64,000 nucleotides of DNA, from NCBI GenBank assembly GCA_050633305.1, contig JBOEGF010000043.1:192001-256000 (forward strand). Direction: 5' to 3'. Below the pieces are notes generated by a model. The model did not search any database and was not told the DNA's origin. It saw nothing but the letters and a program-made list of their open reading frames with translations. This document shows, piece after piece, positions 50,732 through 61,304 of the stretch. Source of the DNA: Nannocystales bacterium (lineage in GTDB: Bacteria; Myxococcota_A; Polyangia; Nannocystales; Nannocystaceae). The position numbers and the translations under genes were made by a program. How positions within the stretch are numbered: position 1 is the first letter of the stretch; each line of letters begins with the position of its first letter.

Positions 50732-51943
50732 GTGTCCGGTCGGCACTACCCAGATGTGCTTGCCCTGACTCCCCGCTGTCGCGCATTCGCCGAGGTGGCC
50801 GCCGGCGCCGCCGCCCTGCTCGTTTGCGTCGCGACCAGTTCTGCGGACGAGAATCGGGGGCCCGGTCCGACAACGGTCGGAGATCCTGACTTCGAACCCG
50901 AACCCATCTCAGAGTTTGCGTCGGTCGTGTTGCACAACGTTCGCGCGGCGGACTCGGTCGTTCGCCTGCGACGGTTGGCGCCGGCGGTCGATGTCGACTG
51001 CGCCAGCATTCAGAGCAACCCCGGTGCACTGCTGACCGACGCGTTGCTGGGCCCCTCGGAGAGCTGGACCATTCCCGGCGGTGACAGTCTTGGGCTCGAC
51101 AGCACGCCGGGACGCTTGTGCGAGGTGATTCGGTTGGAAGCCGACGGAGCTGCCCCCCGCTGGTTGTTTTGGAACTCCGGTGCTCTATCGACCGAGCTCT
51201 TCCCAGGCGGCGAGCCTGTCGGCGACGGTGTCGTCCGACTGGTCCCCGAGGGGACCGGGTTGCGCTTCGAGGGCGCATCATCGTTTCTGTTTCTCCCCGA
51301 CGACCCCGCTCGCGGGCTCGAGCAGTGCGCACCGGTGCAAGACGGTCGGCGTCTCGAATGGGCGGATCCTTTGCCGACCGGCGGCGTGTTGCTGGACGCA
51401 TCGTGGGGGCCCGACGGGTGTGGTGCCGTGGTGCTCAGCGACGATGGTGAGACCCCCTCCAACCCCTGGTTCGTGTGCTTTCCGGAGACCTCGTGGCCGT
51501 TTGTCGCAGGGGACGTGCTCACCGTTCAGCCGGTATTCGGAACCGGGTTGGACGCGGTCGAGGTCATCGCCCACGATGCTCAGGGGGCAGTGACCCGGCA
51601 TGTCCAGGCCTACCGGGCCTCCGACGTCCCGAACGTGGACGGACTGTCGATGCGCTACCACAGCGACGATGACTGTGGATTCGATGTGGCCGCGAGCTGC
51701 GGCACGGTGAGCAAGGTGGGCGCCGTCGTTGTGCAGACCGCCGAGGGGGCGGACGTGGCGCTGGGGGCAGGGGAGTCGGCGTCCTCGTTGATGCTCCCCG
51801 ACACGAATCTGGAGACGACCGTCGCGGTCTTGGCTGCCCAAGAGCGTGTCGCGCTCGACCCCGAGTGCGCACGAGGACCCGACGTGTTGGGTCCTGACCT
51901 GGCGATCGTGATCACGCAGAACGAAGTGGAGGGCGAAGAATGA
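50732..51943 (+). CDS. Hypothetical exported Cys-containing protein
   Basis: Hydrophobic N-terminal segment (AALLVCVATS), acidic Cys-paired body; overlaps the next gene by ATGA. Start uncertain. Confidence 0.6.
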   Translation: MSGRHYPDVLALTPRCRAFAEVAAGAAALLVCVATSSADENRGPGPTTVGDPDFEPEPISEFASVVLHNVRAADSVVRLRRLAPAVDVDCASIQSNPGALLTDALLGPSESWTIPGGDSLGLDSTPGRLCEVIRLEADGAAPRWLFWNSGALSTELFPGGEPVGDGVVRLVPEGTGLRFEGASSFLFLPDDPARGLEQCAPVQDGRRLEWADPLPTGGVLLDASWGPDGCGAVVLSDDGETPSNPWFVCFPETSWPFVAGDVLTVQPVFGTGLDAVEVIAHDAQGAVTRHVQAYRASDVPNVDGLSMRYHSDDDCGFDVAASCGTVSKVGAVVVQTAEGADVALGAGESASSLMLPDTNLETTVAVLAAQERVALDPECARGPDVLGPDLAIVITQNEVEGEE

Positions 51944-53529
51944 CCAAACGAATGTGGATGGGTGCGCTGGCGATGGCGCTGTGTGGAATCGGTGGCTGTG
52001 ACGCGGACTCGGGTGGGTATGACGGGTCGGCCGCCGACGGATCCGCCGGGGTCGACCCGACGGTTGGCGGGGATGGTGAGTCCCCCGCAGACGACGGCGT
52101 GGGCCCGGCGGTCGGGCAGGGGGGCGCGCAGGACTTCGGGCAGTTTCGACAGATTCTCGAAGAGGGCAACATCCCGGGGCCCGAGACGCTCGACGATGTG
52201 GGCTTCTTCGCCGAGCACCGCATCGATCTCGGCCCGGCGACGTGCGAGGACGACGTCTGCTTGCAGGGCTCGTTGGCAGTGATGGGCAACATGGTCAACG
52301 GCAACAACTGCACGATGGTGATGATGGGGATGACGACGCCTATCGACATCGAGTCGATGCCGCGGCCCCCACTCAACCTCGCGATCGCGATCGACACCAG
52401 CGGATCGATGTTGGGCTCGCCTATCGACTACGTGCGTGACGGGCTCCTCGAGATGCAGCAGGTCCTGCGGCCTGAGGATCACGTGACGCTGATCGCGTTC
52501 TCCGACCGCGCCGAGGTGTTGGCGCAGGGGCTCTCCGGTGACGATCCTGCGCTGACCGACGCGATTGCATCGATCTCCGCCCAGGGCCGAACCGACGTGT
52601 ACGGCGGTCTTCGATCCGCGCTCGAGTATGTCGATTCTTCGGTGGACCCCACACGACAGAACCGAGTCCTGTTGCTCTCCGACGGCGAGTCGACCACCGG
52701 CGTGGTCAACGACGCCCGGGTCCTGACACTGGCCGAGTCGTATGCCGCTCGCGGGATCTCGGTCTCCACGATCGGCATGGGCGAGGCGTTCGATCCTGCC
52801 TTGATGCGCGGCCTCGCCGAGACCGGGGGGGGCGCGTTCTACTTCGTCGAAGACCCCGCGGCCGTCCACGAGGTGTTCGTGGAGGAAGCCCTGGCGTTCT
52901 TGCTTCCGCTGGCTCGCAACGTGGTCATCGACGCCGAGATCGCCCATGGGTATTCGTTGCGGGGGGTGTTTGGCACGCAGCGTGCCACGGTCACGCCGGG
53001 GCGGACTCGGATCGAGATCCCCTCGCTGCAACTCGCTCATCGTGTATCCAGCGGGGACAACGAGGCGGGCCGGCGCGGAGGAGGTGGTGCGATGGTGCTC
53101 GAGCTCACCCCCGAGGCCGGAGCCAGCGGCGCCGACGTTGGCATCCTGCGCATCGCCTACGACACGCCCTGGGGAGACTCGCGTGTGGAGCAAGAGGTCG
53201 AGATTCGCTCGCCGCTCGACCCGGGGGAGACTCCCGAAGATGGCTTCTTCGAGGCGGACGGAACCCACAAGGCGTTTGTCACGCTCAACCTCTACGCCGG
53301 GTTTGAGATGGCGGCCGTTCGCGCGGCTGCTGGGGACGGGCTTGGGGCGCTGCAGGTGCTCGAGCCCTTGGGGGAGGCCGTTGAGGCTTGGCTCGCGCAG
53401 AACCCCGATGCCGACATCGAAGACGATCTACGGTACGTGGACCTGTTCATCGAGAATCTCGAGCAGCGCGGGGTCCAGGCTCCGATGGATCTTCCGCCGC
53501 CGGCGGAGGACCCGTGGCCGCAAGACTGA
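51940..53529 (+). CDS. VWA-domain lipoprotein
   Basis: IGGC lipobox; MIDAS DTSGSM, GRT, LLSDGE, TIGMG, GGGAFYFV. Confidence 0.88.
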   Translation: MTKRMWMGALAMALCGIGGCDADSGGYDGSAADGSAGVDPTVGGDGESPADDGVGPAVGQGGAQDFGQFRQILEEGNIPGPETLDDVGFFAEHRIDLGPATCEDDVCLQGSLAVMGNMVNGNNCTMVMMGMTTPIDIESMPRPPLNLAIAIDTSGSMLGSPIDYVRDGLLEMQQVLRPEDHVTLIAFSDRAEVLAQGLSGDDPALTDAIASISAQGRTDVYGGLRSALEYVDSSVDPTRQNRVLLLSDGESTTGVVNDARVLTLAESYAARGISVSTIGMGEAFDPALMRGLAETGGGAFYFVEDPAAVHEVFVEEALAFLLPLARNVVIDAEIAHGYSLRGVFGTQRATVTPGRTRIEIPSLQLAHRVSSGDNEAGRRGGGGAMVLELTPEAGASGADVGILRIAYDTPWGDSRVEQEVEIRSPLDPGETPEDGFFEADGTHKAFVTLNLYAGFEMAAVRAAAGDGLGALQVLEPLGEAVEAWLAQNPDADIEDDLRYVDLFIENLEQRGVQAPMDLPPPAEDPWPQD

Positions 53530-53577
53530 GCGCTCGATCATTGCGCCGCCCCAGACCTTCGCGTCACACTGGGAGCG

Positions 53578-53832
53578 ATGGATCGGATGACCCGCGCGAA
53601 GGTGGACTCTCTCGTTCACCTGCTTCGCACGCGGCCCGACGGCGAGCTCGAGTCGCTCGATGGCCTCGACGAGCTGGCCCGGAAGCTTCAGCTCGACCCG
53701 ATGATCGTACGGCGAATCGCCGAGGAACAAGGCGTGAAGGTTCGGGACGGCCACCGGGCAGCGTCCCGCGAGACCGATCCCAACCAGAGCACCCAGGTGA
53801 TGTCGCTGGACGAAGTCCACGGCGAGCGTTGA
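53578..53832 (+). CDS. Small hypothetical protein, possible HTH
   Basis: GGGAG RBS; LDELARKLQLDPMIVRRIA resembles an HTH. Confidence 0.55.
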   Translation: MDRMTRAKVDSLVHLLRTRPDGELESLDGLDELARKLQLDPMIVRRIAEEQGVKVRDGHRAASRETDPNQSTQVMSLDEVHGER

Positions 53833-53921
53833 GCTCCGGTAGAGCGCGACACATCGGGCCGCCCGGCCGCCCACTCGCGGGGATGGCACCGCCTTGCGCG
53901 GCGGGTGTATCGTGACGCCCG

Positions 53922-55190
<1,269 letters not shown>

Positions 55191-55198
55191 TCGGACCC

Positions 55199-55726
55199 AT
55201 GGCGACCTGGAAGCATTGCTCGACCTGCAAGAAGGACATCGCCTTCGAGGCGACCTACTACCTGTGCAATGTGTCGACGTGTCGTCGCAAGCGAACCGGG
55301 ATGTTCTTCTGTTCGGTTGACTGCTGGGAGGCGCACCTTCCGTTGATGCGCCATCGCGAGGCTTGGGCCGAGGAGGAAAAGGCGCCGACGCAGGCACAGT
55401 GGAAGGCCGAGCAGGAGGGGGGGGACAAGGCGACACGGCGCGTTGTTGCGAGTCCAGGTCCGGGGCCGAGCGGGGCCGTGAAGGACGGTGCTCCACGGCG
55501 CCGGGTGGTGGGGGCGAAGCCCACCGCTGTTCCGCAGGGCCCGCGCGAGGTGTTGATCGTGGCCAGTCGGCTCAAGCACTTCATTCGAGAAACGTGGGGC
55601 TTCAACACATCCGAAGGCGTGCTGGAGCCGCTGTCTGAAGAAGTGCGGCGGTTGTGTGTGAAGGCGGTCGAGCGAGCTCGAGAAGACGGGCGCAAGACCG
55701 TGCTCGAGCGCGACTTCGAGAGCTGA
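55199..55726 (+). CDS. Bacterial histone-fold protein with N-terminal Cys/His zinc finger (ZZ-histone-like)
   Basis: C-terminus EVLIVASRLKHFIRETWGFNTSEGVLEPLSEEVRRLCVKAVERAREDGRKTVLERDF with the RKTVxxxD histone motif; N-terminus CSTC..CNVSTC..FCSVDCWEAH..H. Confidence 0.88.
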   Translation: MATWKHCSTCKKDIAFEATYYLCNVSTCRRKRTGMFFCSVDCWEAHLPLMRHREAWAEEEKAPTQAQWKAEQEGGDKATRRVVASPGPGPSGAVKDGAPRRRVVGAKPTAVPQGPREVLIVASRLKHFIRETWGFNTSEGVLEPLSEEVRRLCVKAVERAREDGRKTVLERDFES

Positions 55727-55781
55727 TCTTGGCCGGCGGGTACGCGCACGGGTCACGGGGTTCCACGGTGGGCAATCCGGT

Positions 55782-55796
55782 TGCTCAACTTGAGCA
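55782..55796. promoter_or_regulatory. Perfect 7-1-7 palindrome, candidate enhancer-binding-protein site
   Basis: TGCTCAA-C-TTGAGCA, about 65 nt upstream of a -24 box. Confidence 0.4.
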
Positions 55797-55859
55797 GGCT
55801 CGTTGCCCGACCCGGGAATCGAGAGGCCCGGCGACCCGATGATCCGTACTTTCTCGGGC

Positions 55860-55875
55860 TGGCCCGCGGTTTGCA
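55860..55875 (+). promoter_or_regulatory. Sigma-54 -24/-12 promoter
   Basis: TGGCCCGCGGTTTGCA; one mismatch to TGGCACG-N4-TTGCW. Confidence 0.65.
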
Positions 55876-55962
55876 TTTTTGGTGGGGGAGTCGCCAGTTG
55901 AACGTTGTTCGCCTTGCTTCGAACGACGACTGGCGGACCGATTCAGCTCGGAAGAACCGATC

Positions 55963-57240
55963 ATGGACCCCCTCGAACAAAAGCGAAACGGATACTCACT
56001 GGCGGACTGCGCGGAGATCATGACCCGCATGAGCGCGCTCAAGACCGAGCTCGGCGAGCCCGGCTACCAGGCGCCATTCCAACAGTTCCTACGCTCCAAA
56101 GGTCTCACGGAGAACACGTGGGCGCAGGTCTGGAATGACTGGCATCAGGTCACCGAGAACGACCCCGCCTTGGGAGCCAAGTTCCACACCTATATGGGGC
56201 AGGTCCGCCAGCGGCAAATGATGGCCAACCAGCCCAACGTCGGCGGCGAGTCGATGGAGGGGTTGTCGTTGGAGTCGTACGCGAAGATCAGCGCGCAGAG
56301 CCAGACTGGAGCGGCTGTCGAGGGACTCGTGGCCGCAGAGGGGCTCACGATGGACCAATGGCTGGGGGCCCAGGCCGCGTGGGGACAGCGGATGGGCAAC
56401 TGCAGTCCAACCGACCCCGTCATGATTCAGTTCGGACAGCTCTACCAGAAGTGGTCTCCGAACCACCAAGCTTCGATGGAAGCTGCCACCGCGCGCCACC
56501 TCGAGGACGCTGCTGCCAGTCAGGGGCGCGGGGGCGGGATGTCCAAGGAACTGACCATGGACAACGCGGCGGAGTTCTTTGACAACGCGGACGTCCGGGT
56601 TCGGGCCCGTGGGGTCCGCGAGGCGATTCGCATCTGGGAACTCAGCTGGGACGCGCGGGACGAGCGGATGCACCACTGGACGCAGCGGGCGTACGATGAG
56701 GCGATTCGAATCCTGAGCCAGGGGGCGGGGGACGACCGCCCGGGGATGATGGCGCTCAACGCTGCGCCCGATACCATGGACATCCACACGTGGTCCAAGC
56801 TCGCCGACGATGAGGAGGCACAGCAAGGAACGAGCGACTTGGTGTACGGCGCGCTCAAGGACTTGGCTTCGGAGAAGTTCATGAGCCCGCAGCAGAACGA
56901 GGCCGCGATTCATGCCGTCCGTCAGGCGATCGCACGGCTCGAACCGCGGGCCCAGCGGGTGAACCAGATCTTTCCTCAGGCGACCGACGAGCTCAAGAAG
57001 GTCCAGCTTCGGTCCCTAGTCGACGACTACCGCGAGACGCTCTCGGACATGCAAGAGGCGCTGGGCGATTGGGACTACAGTGGCCCGGAGGCTGCCGCGG
57101 CGGTCGCGGCTGCGGCGGTGGTACCCGGCCACGCCGTAAGCGTCCCGTCCGTCGCAGTTCGGCCACCTTCGACGGGGATCCTCGGCGTCCTCAAGTCGCT
57201 CCCGCTCATCGGGACTCTGCTCCGTCTGCTGGGGATGTGA
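55963..57240 (+). CDS. Hypothetical protein with two internal Trp-containing helical repeats and a C-terminal amphipathic helix
   Basis: Repeats GxSLxx(C/Y)AxI...GLTxxxW......W...DP....F..(Y); ends GILGVLKSLPLIGTLLRLLGM. Confidence 0.7.
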   Translation: MDPLEQKRNGYSLADCAEIMTRMSALKTELGEPGYQAPFQQFLRSKGLTENTWAQVWNDWHQVTENDPALGAKFHTYMGQVRQRQMMANQPNVGGESMEGLSLESYAKISAQSQTGAAVEGLVAAEGLTMDQWLGAQAAWGQRMGNCSPTDPVMIQFGQLYQKWSPNHQASMEAATARHLEDAAASQGRGGGMSKELTMDNAAEFFDNADVRVRARGVREAIRIWELSWDARDERMHHWTQRAYDEAIRILSQGAGDDRPGMMALNAAPDTMDIHTWSKLADDEEAQQGTSDLVYGALKDLASEKFMSPQQNEAAIHAVRQAIARLEPRAQRVNQIFPQATDELKKVQLRSLVDDYRETLSDMQEALGDWDYSGPEAAAAVAAAAVVPGHAVSVPSVAVRPPSTGILGVLKSLPLIGTLLRLLGM

Positions 57241-57247
57241 GCGCTCC

Positions 57248-57270
57248 GGGCCCCGAGCGATTCGGGGTCC
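57248..57270. terminator. Hairpin between convergent genes
   Basis: GGGCCCCGA-GCGAT-TCGGGGTCC. Confidence 0.45.
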
Positions 57271-57271
57271 G

Positions 57272-58399
57272 CTACTCGACGACGTCCACGTGGAACCACC
57301 ACCAGTCCACGCCGTTGCGGCCATCTCGTAGGACGTAGAACAGGGTCGCGCGCTCGCCGGGCGGCAGCGTGCCCTCATCGTCCTGTGCGCCGCGCTCCAA
57401 GGACCAGGAGTTCAGCGAGAGTGGGTCGTCACTGCTGCTGCTCAGCAGCGTGCCCCAGGTCGTGTACCAGAGTCCGGTGTACGCTTCGTCCTCCTCGACG
57501 TACCCGTCCTCGGTTGGGATGACGTACACCTGGAGGTCGTCTTCGGGGGCCTGGGTCTCGATGTCGAGTTCGTGGCCGGCCGCGACCGTGATGACGTCCC
57601 CACGCTCGACCTGAAACACCGCGACCTCATTTCCCGCTGCGTCGAGGTCTCGGACGACGAAGTTCTGGATTCGCGGGTGTGTATCGGGATCAGGCTGGGT
57701 GTCCGGTGGCTCCGGGAGCCCGTCGAACTCAGGCAGGCCGAACTGCGCGGCCAGGTCGAGAAGCACGGAGTCTGGTCCCACCGGGACGCGGGATGTGACG
57801 TACAGACATCCAGACTCGAAGTTGGTTTCTCCGGCGAGGAGTTGCTCGACGCAGGTGTCGGTGTCGGCGCGGTCGGGCAGCTGCGCGACCATCGTCACTT
57901 CGATATCGCCACCGATGAGGTACCCGATGTCGAACGGGATCGTGAACTCCGGTTGGGACGCCGTCCCCGCGGTGAGCTCGCAGGGGCTCGGAAAGGTCGG
58001 GAACTCATCCGCATCGGGGTCGAGCGATGCAAGGTCAACTGGGGGGCACTCGGGGAGCTCAGAGGGGCTCAGCGGAGCGGCGGCGGCGAGGCAGCTCCCC
58101 AGGCCCTCGATGGGAGCGAGGTTGCACACCAGCCAGCGTGGCTGCAGTTCGTCCTCGATTCGTTGCAGTTCGAACGGACCGTCGACGTCGGCGATGAAGG
58201 GGTACATGCGGACGTTGTCGAACGGGAGCCCCTCGGTACGGACGGGTTCACCATCGGCGGCGTCGGCATCTTCGATCTCGACGCGGATCGCCAACGGGCG
58301 GACGCCGGCGATACGCTCCTCGAGCGGGAGGTCCATGCCGCACGCGGCGGTGACCGAGGCCGTGGCCAGGGCTGCGACGAGGGGGCGGAGGCGGGGCAT
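57272..58399 (-). CDS. Acidic lipoprotein coupled to the TonB-dependent receptor
   Basis: MPRLRPLVAALATASVTAAC lipobox; RPLAIRVE; VLRDGRNGVDW; TGATG overlap. Confidence 0.8.
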   Translation of the reverse strand: MPRLRPLVAALATASVTAACGMDLPLEERIAGVRPLAIRVEIEDADAADGEPVRTEGLPFDNVRMYPFIADVDGPFELQRIEDELQPRWLVCNLAPIEGLGSCLAAAAPLSPSELPECPPVDLASLDPDADEFPTFPSPCELTAGTASQPEFTIPFDIGYLIGGDIEVTMVAQLPDRADTDTCVEQLLAGETNFESGCLYVTSRVPVGPDSVLLDLAAQFGLPEFDGLPEPPDTQPDPDTHPRIQNFVVRDLDAAGNEVAVFQVERGDVITVAAGHELDIETQAPEDDLQVYVIPTEDGYVEEDEAYTGLWYTTWGTLLSSSSDDPLSLNSWSLERGAQDDEGTLPPGERATLFYVLRDGRNGVDWWWFHVDVVE

Positions 58400-61167
58400 C
58401 AGAACTCGATCTTGGTCCCGACCGAAGGAATGATCGGAAGGCTGGCGATCTGCGACCGCTGGTTGAAATCGAAGGAGTAGTTCCAGAACTCGGTGTTCTG
58501 AGCGTTGTAGACGTTTTGGACGTCGAGGTAGAGGGTGAGGCTGGCGAGCTTCCAGATCCACGCTTTGTCGACGCGGATGTCGGCTTGGTGGAAGACCGGG
58601 AATCGTTCGCTGTTCGTCGCCCCTAAGGTCTCCACGTAGTAGCCGCCTGCCGCGTCGTACTGACTGCCCACAACCGGTGTGCTCGGGTTGCCGGACACCA
58701 ACCGGAATCGGGCTCCGACGGTCCAGTTCTTCGGCAGCTTGTAGGACCCGATCAGCGTGAGGATATGGGTCTGATCGAAGTCGAAGACGGCGTAGGGGTC
58801 GGACGACGAGTCGCGGCGCTCGCTCCGGCTGAGCGTGTAGGCGATCCACCCGAACACGTTGCCCGTGAGCTGCTTGCGCGCGAGCAGCTCGAGTCCGTAG
58901 ACGCGGCCCACCCGCGAGTTGGCGAAGTTCTCCGGTCCAACCGTACCGTTGGGGCGCCGGACGGTTTCGGGGGATTGGCCGACGTTGTCCCAGAGGTAGT
59001 TGTAGAAGGCCGTCGCGTCGACCTCGATGCCGTAGTCAAACTCCTGGGTCACCCCGAGGCTGTTTTGGACCGCGCGCTCTGGGCCGAGCCGGGGGTTGCC
59101 GAACGCCGCGCTCGACTCGACCGGTTGTGGGGCCTGGGAGTAGATCCCGGTGCCGCCCTTGAGCGTGGTGCGTTCCGCAACCTGCCATCCGAACCGCAGC
59201 CGGGGATCGACCGTGGCGGTGTAGTAGGGCGATGCGTAGTACGCGAAACGAACCCCTGGGTAGAACGTGAAGTCTTCCGAAATGCCGATCTCACCGGTGG
59301 TGTAAAGGGCCGGGATCGCGGTGTAGTCGTTGATGTTGACGTCGAACGCGCCGGTCGTGGACCCGCCGTTGCTGTCGGGCAGCGGAGGCGCTTTGACGTC
59401 GACGTCGAAGAGGAACGACTGGAATTCGGTTCCGAACGTGATCGCGTGCCGCTTGGTGAGTTGGGCTCTTGCCTCGGCGCGACCGTTGAAGTTGTGCACC
59501 TTCAGCCCAAACGACAGGAACTCGCCGATGCCGAGATCGAAATAGTCGTAGCGGTAGCTAGGGCTGACCAAGAACGACCACGGCCCTTGCTTCTTTGTAT
59601 ACGCGATGTCGGCGCGGTGGAAGTACTGCGTCGTCTCGAACTGGTTGCGCTGATCGGGCTCTACGTCGTTCGGGTTGGCTGCCACGACCTTGGTGCGGTC
59701 GTCGGAGCCGAAGCCGCGGATACTGAAGTTCCCCCCTGCAAGGGGGTAGTCGAACAGCACCTGGTAGTCGTAGTACCGGGGCGCGATGGTGAGATCGAGT
59801 CCGGCGTCGTCGGGCAGGAAGACGGGCAGGAGCGCATCGATGTAGCTGCGTCGTCCCGACACCGCGAAGGAGCCCTTGCCGACGGGCCCCTCGAACAGGA
59901 TGCCGGTGTCGAAGACGTCGGAGTCGAGGTAGCCGTGATAGCCATCGCGCCGGCCCCGGCGGGGGGTGACGTTGATGATGCCCCCGATGGCGTCTCCGTA
60001 GCGGGAATCGTAGTTGCCCGGGATGAAGTCGATCTGCTCGATGATGTCGGAGTTGAAGACCGACGTCAGACCGCCGAAGTGAAACAGCGTGGGGATCTCG
60101 TGGTAGCCGAGATAGACCGCGGAGTCGTTGGGTCCGGTACCGCGAATCGCCAGGAGCCCGGCGCCGAACGGCGCTCGGGCCACGCCTGGGAAGTTCTGGA
60201 TGGCCTTGAGGGCGTCGCCCTGGGTGCCCGGGAGTACGTTGATCTCTGCCGCCGTGATCGTGCGGCGGGCGACCTCTTCGCGGCGGTTCTTCACCTCGAC
60301 GACGGTGCGGAACGGGTTCGTCGGGGAGCGGGAGACGTAGTACTTGACCTCGATCTGCATGCCCTCATAGAGGGCCTCGACGAACTCGATGCGCTCGAAC
60401 CCGGGGGCGAGCACGATGACCTTGGCCTTGCCGTCGCCCGTTCCGCGGATCTCGAAGGCGCCGGTCTCATCGCTGACGCCCTGCGTCTGCCATGCAGGCT
60501 CCTGGAGTGCCGCGTAGTCTTTCTTTTCGATCTCCCCGAGCTCCGCGTCCGCGTTGGCCGGGATGACCACGATGGTCGCCCCGACGATGGGCGTGCGCTG
60601 GCCAGCCTCGAGCACGACACCGCGGATGCGCACCGGTCCGTCGGCGTCGGGAGTCTCGGGTGAGGCCGCATCGGGTTCTTCCGCCAGTTCACCGGCGGGC
60701 TCCGGTTGGGGCTCAGCGTCGGGCGTGACGGGTGGAGTGGGTTCGGGAATGGGTTCGGGCGGCGGAGGCGGGGCAAAGTCGATGCCCAGCCTCGTCACGA
60801 TCTCCACGGGCTTGCCGTCGAGGGTCGCGGCATTCCACCGGAGCTTCTCGACCGCGCTCACCGCCAACGCATCGAGCGTGGGGTGAATGCTGGTCTCGAC
60901 CTCGAGGTTCTTGGGGATGCCGTCGGTCCCGATGGTCAGCTTGACGACGACTTGTCCCGCGGGCGGGTCTGGTTCGTCAGCCAACGCGTCGGGGTACTCG
61001 ACCGTGACGCTGTTGGTCAGCTCGGGGGGAACGAGACCCTCGGGCTGCGCGAGGGTGGCAGCGACGAGCCCCGGCAACCCGGCCTCAGCCTGGATCGGGG
61101 TGAGGCTCGAAGTCGCGCCGGCGAGCGCGGCCACAAAGAGGGCCCTGCGGTGATGGCGGTGTCGCAT
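58399..61167 (-). CDS. TonB-dependent receptor fused to an N-terminal TonB C-terminal domain and a carboxypeptidase-regulatory-like domain
   Basis: YP..GQVVVKLTIGTDG..LDALAVSAVEKLRW (TonB_C); plug NFPGV, AIRG, YDSRYGDAIGGIINV; barrel ending LDVQNVYN...GTKIEF. Confidence 0.9.
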   Translation of the reverse strand: MRHRHHRRALFVAALAGATSSLTPIQAEAGLPGLVAATLAQPEGLVPPELTNSVTVEYPDALADEPDPPAGQVVVKLTIGTDGIPKNLEVETSIHPTLDALAVSAVEKLRWNAATLDGKPVEIVTRLGIDFAPPPPPEPIPEPTPPVTPDAEPQPEPAGELAEEPDAASPETPDADGPVRIRGVVLEAGQRTPIVGATIVVIPANADAELGEIEKKDYAALQEPAWQTQGVSDETGAFEIRGTGDGKAKVIVLAPGFERIEFVEALYEGMQIEVKYYVSRSPTNPFRTVVEVKNRREEVARRTITAAEINVLPGTQGDALKAIQNFPGVARAPFGAGLLAIRGTGPNDSAVYLGYHEIPTLFHFGGLTSVFNSDIIEQIDFIPGNYDSRYGDAIGGIINVTPRRGRRDGYHGYLDSDVFDTGILFEGPVGKGSFAVSGRRSYIDALLPVFLPDDAGLDLTIAPRYYDYQVLFDYPLAGGNFSIRGFGSDDRTKVVAANPNDVEPDQRNQFETTQYFHRADIAYTKKQGPWSFLVSPSYRYDYFDLGIGEFLSFGLKVHNFNGRAEARAQLTKRHAITFGTEFQSFLFDVDVKAPPLPDSNGGSTTGAFDVNINDYTAIPALYTTGEIGISEDFTFYPGVRFAYYASPYYTATVDPRLRFGWQVAERTTLKGGTGIYSQAPQPVESSAAFGNPRLGPERAVQNSLGVTQEFDYGIEVDATAFYNYLWDNVGQSPETVRRPNGTVGPENFANSRVGRVYGLELLARKQLTGNVFGWIAYTLSRSERRDSSSDPYAVFDFDQTHILTLIGSYKLPKNWTVGARFRLVSGNPSTPVVGSQYDAAGGYYVETLGATNSERFPVFHQADIRVDKAWIWKLASLTLYLDVQNVYNAQNTEFWNYSFDFNQRSQIASLPIIPSVGTKIEF

Positions 61168-61304
61168 CCGAAGCGCGGGGCGACTATGAAGCACGGATGG
61201 CGCCGTGTCGATTGAACCCGTTGTTTCGCGTGTTTGGGCGCACATGCTCCATGCGGATCTGGCGCTACTTGTCGTCGGTGAGAGCGAGGCGTACATAGCC
61301 GCCC

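Noticed and set aside
53884..53897. TGGCACCGCCTTGC as a sigma-54 promoter
   Set aside because: GG-N9-GC; sigma-54 requires N10.
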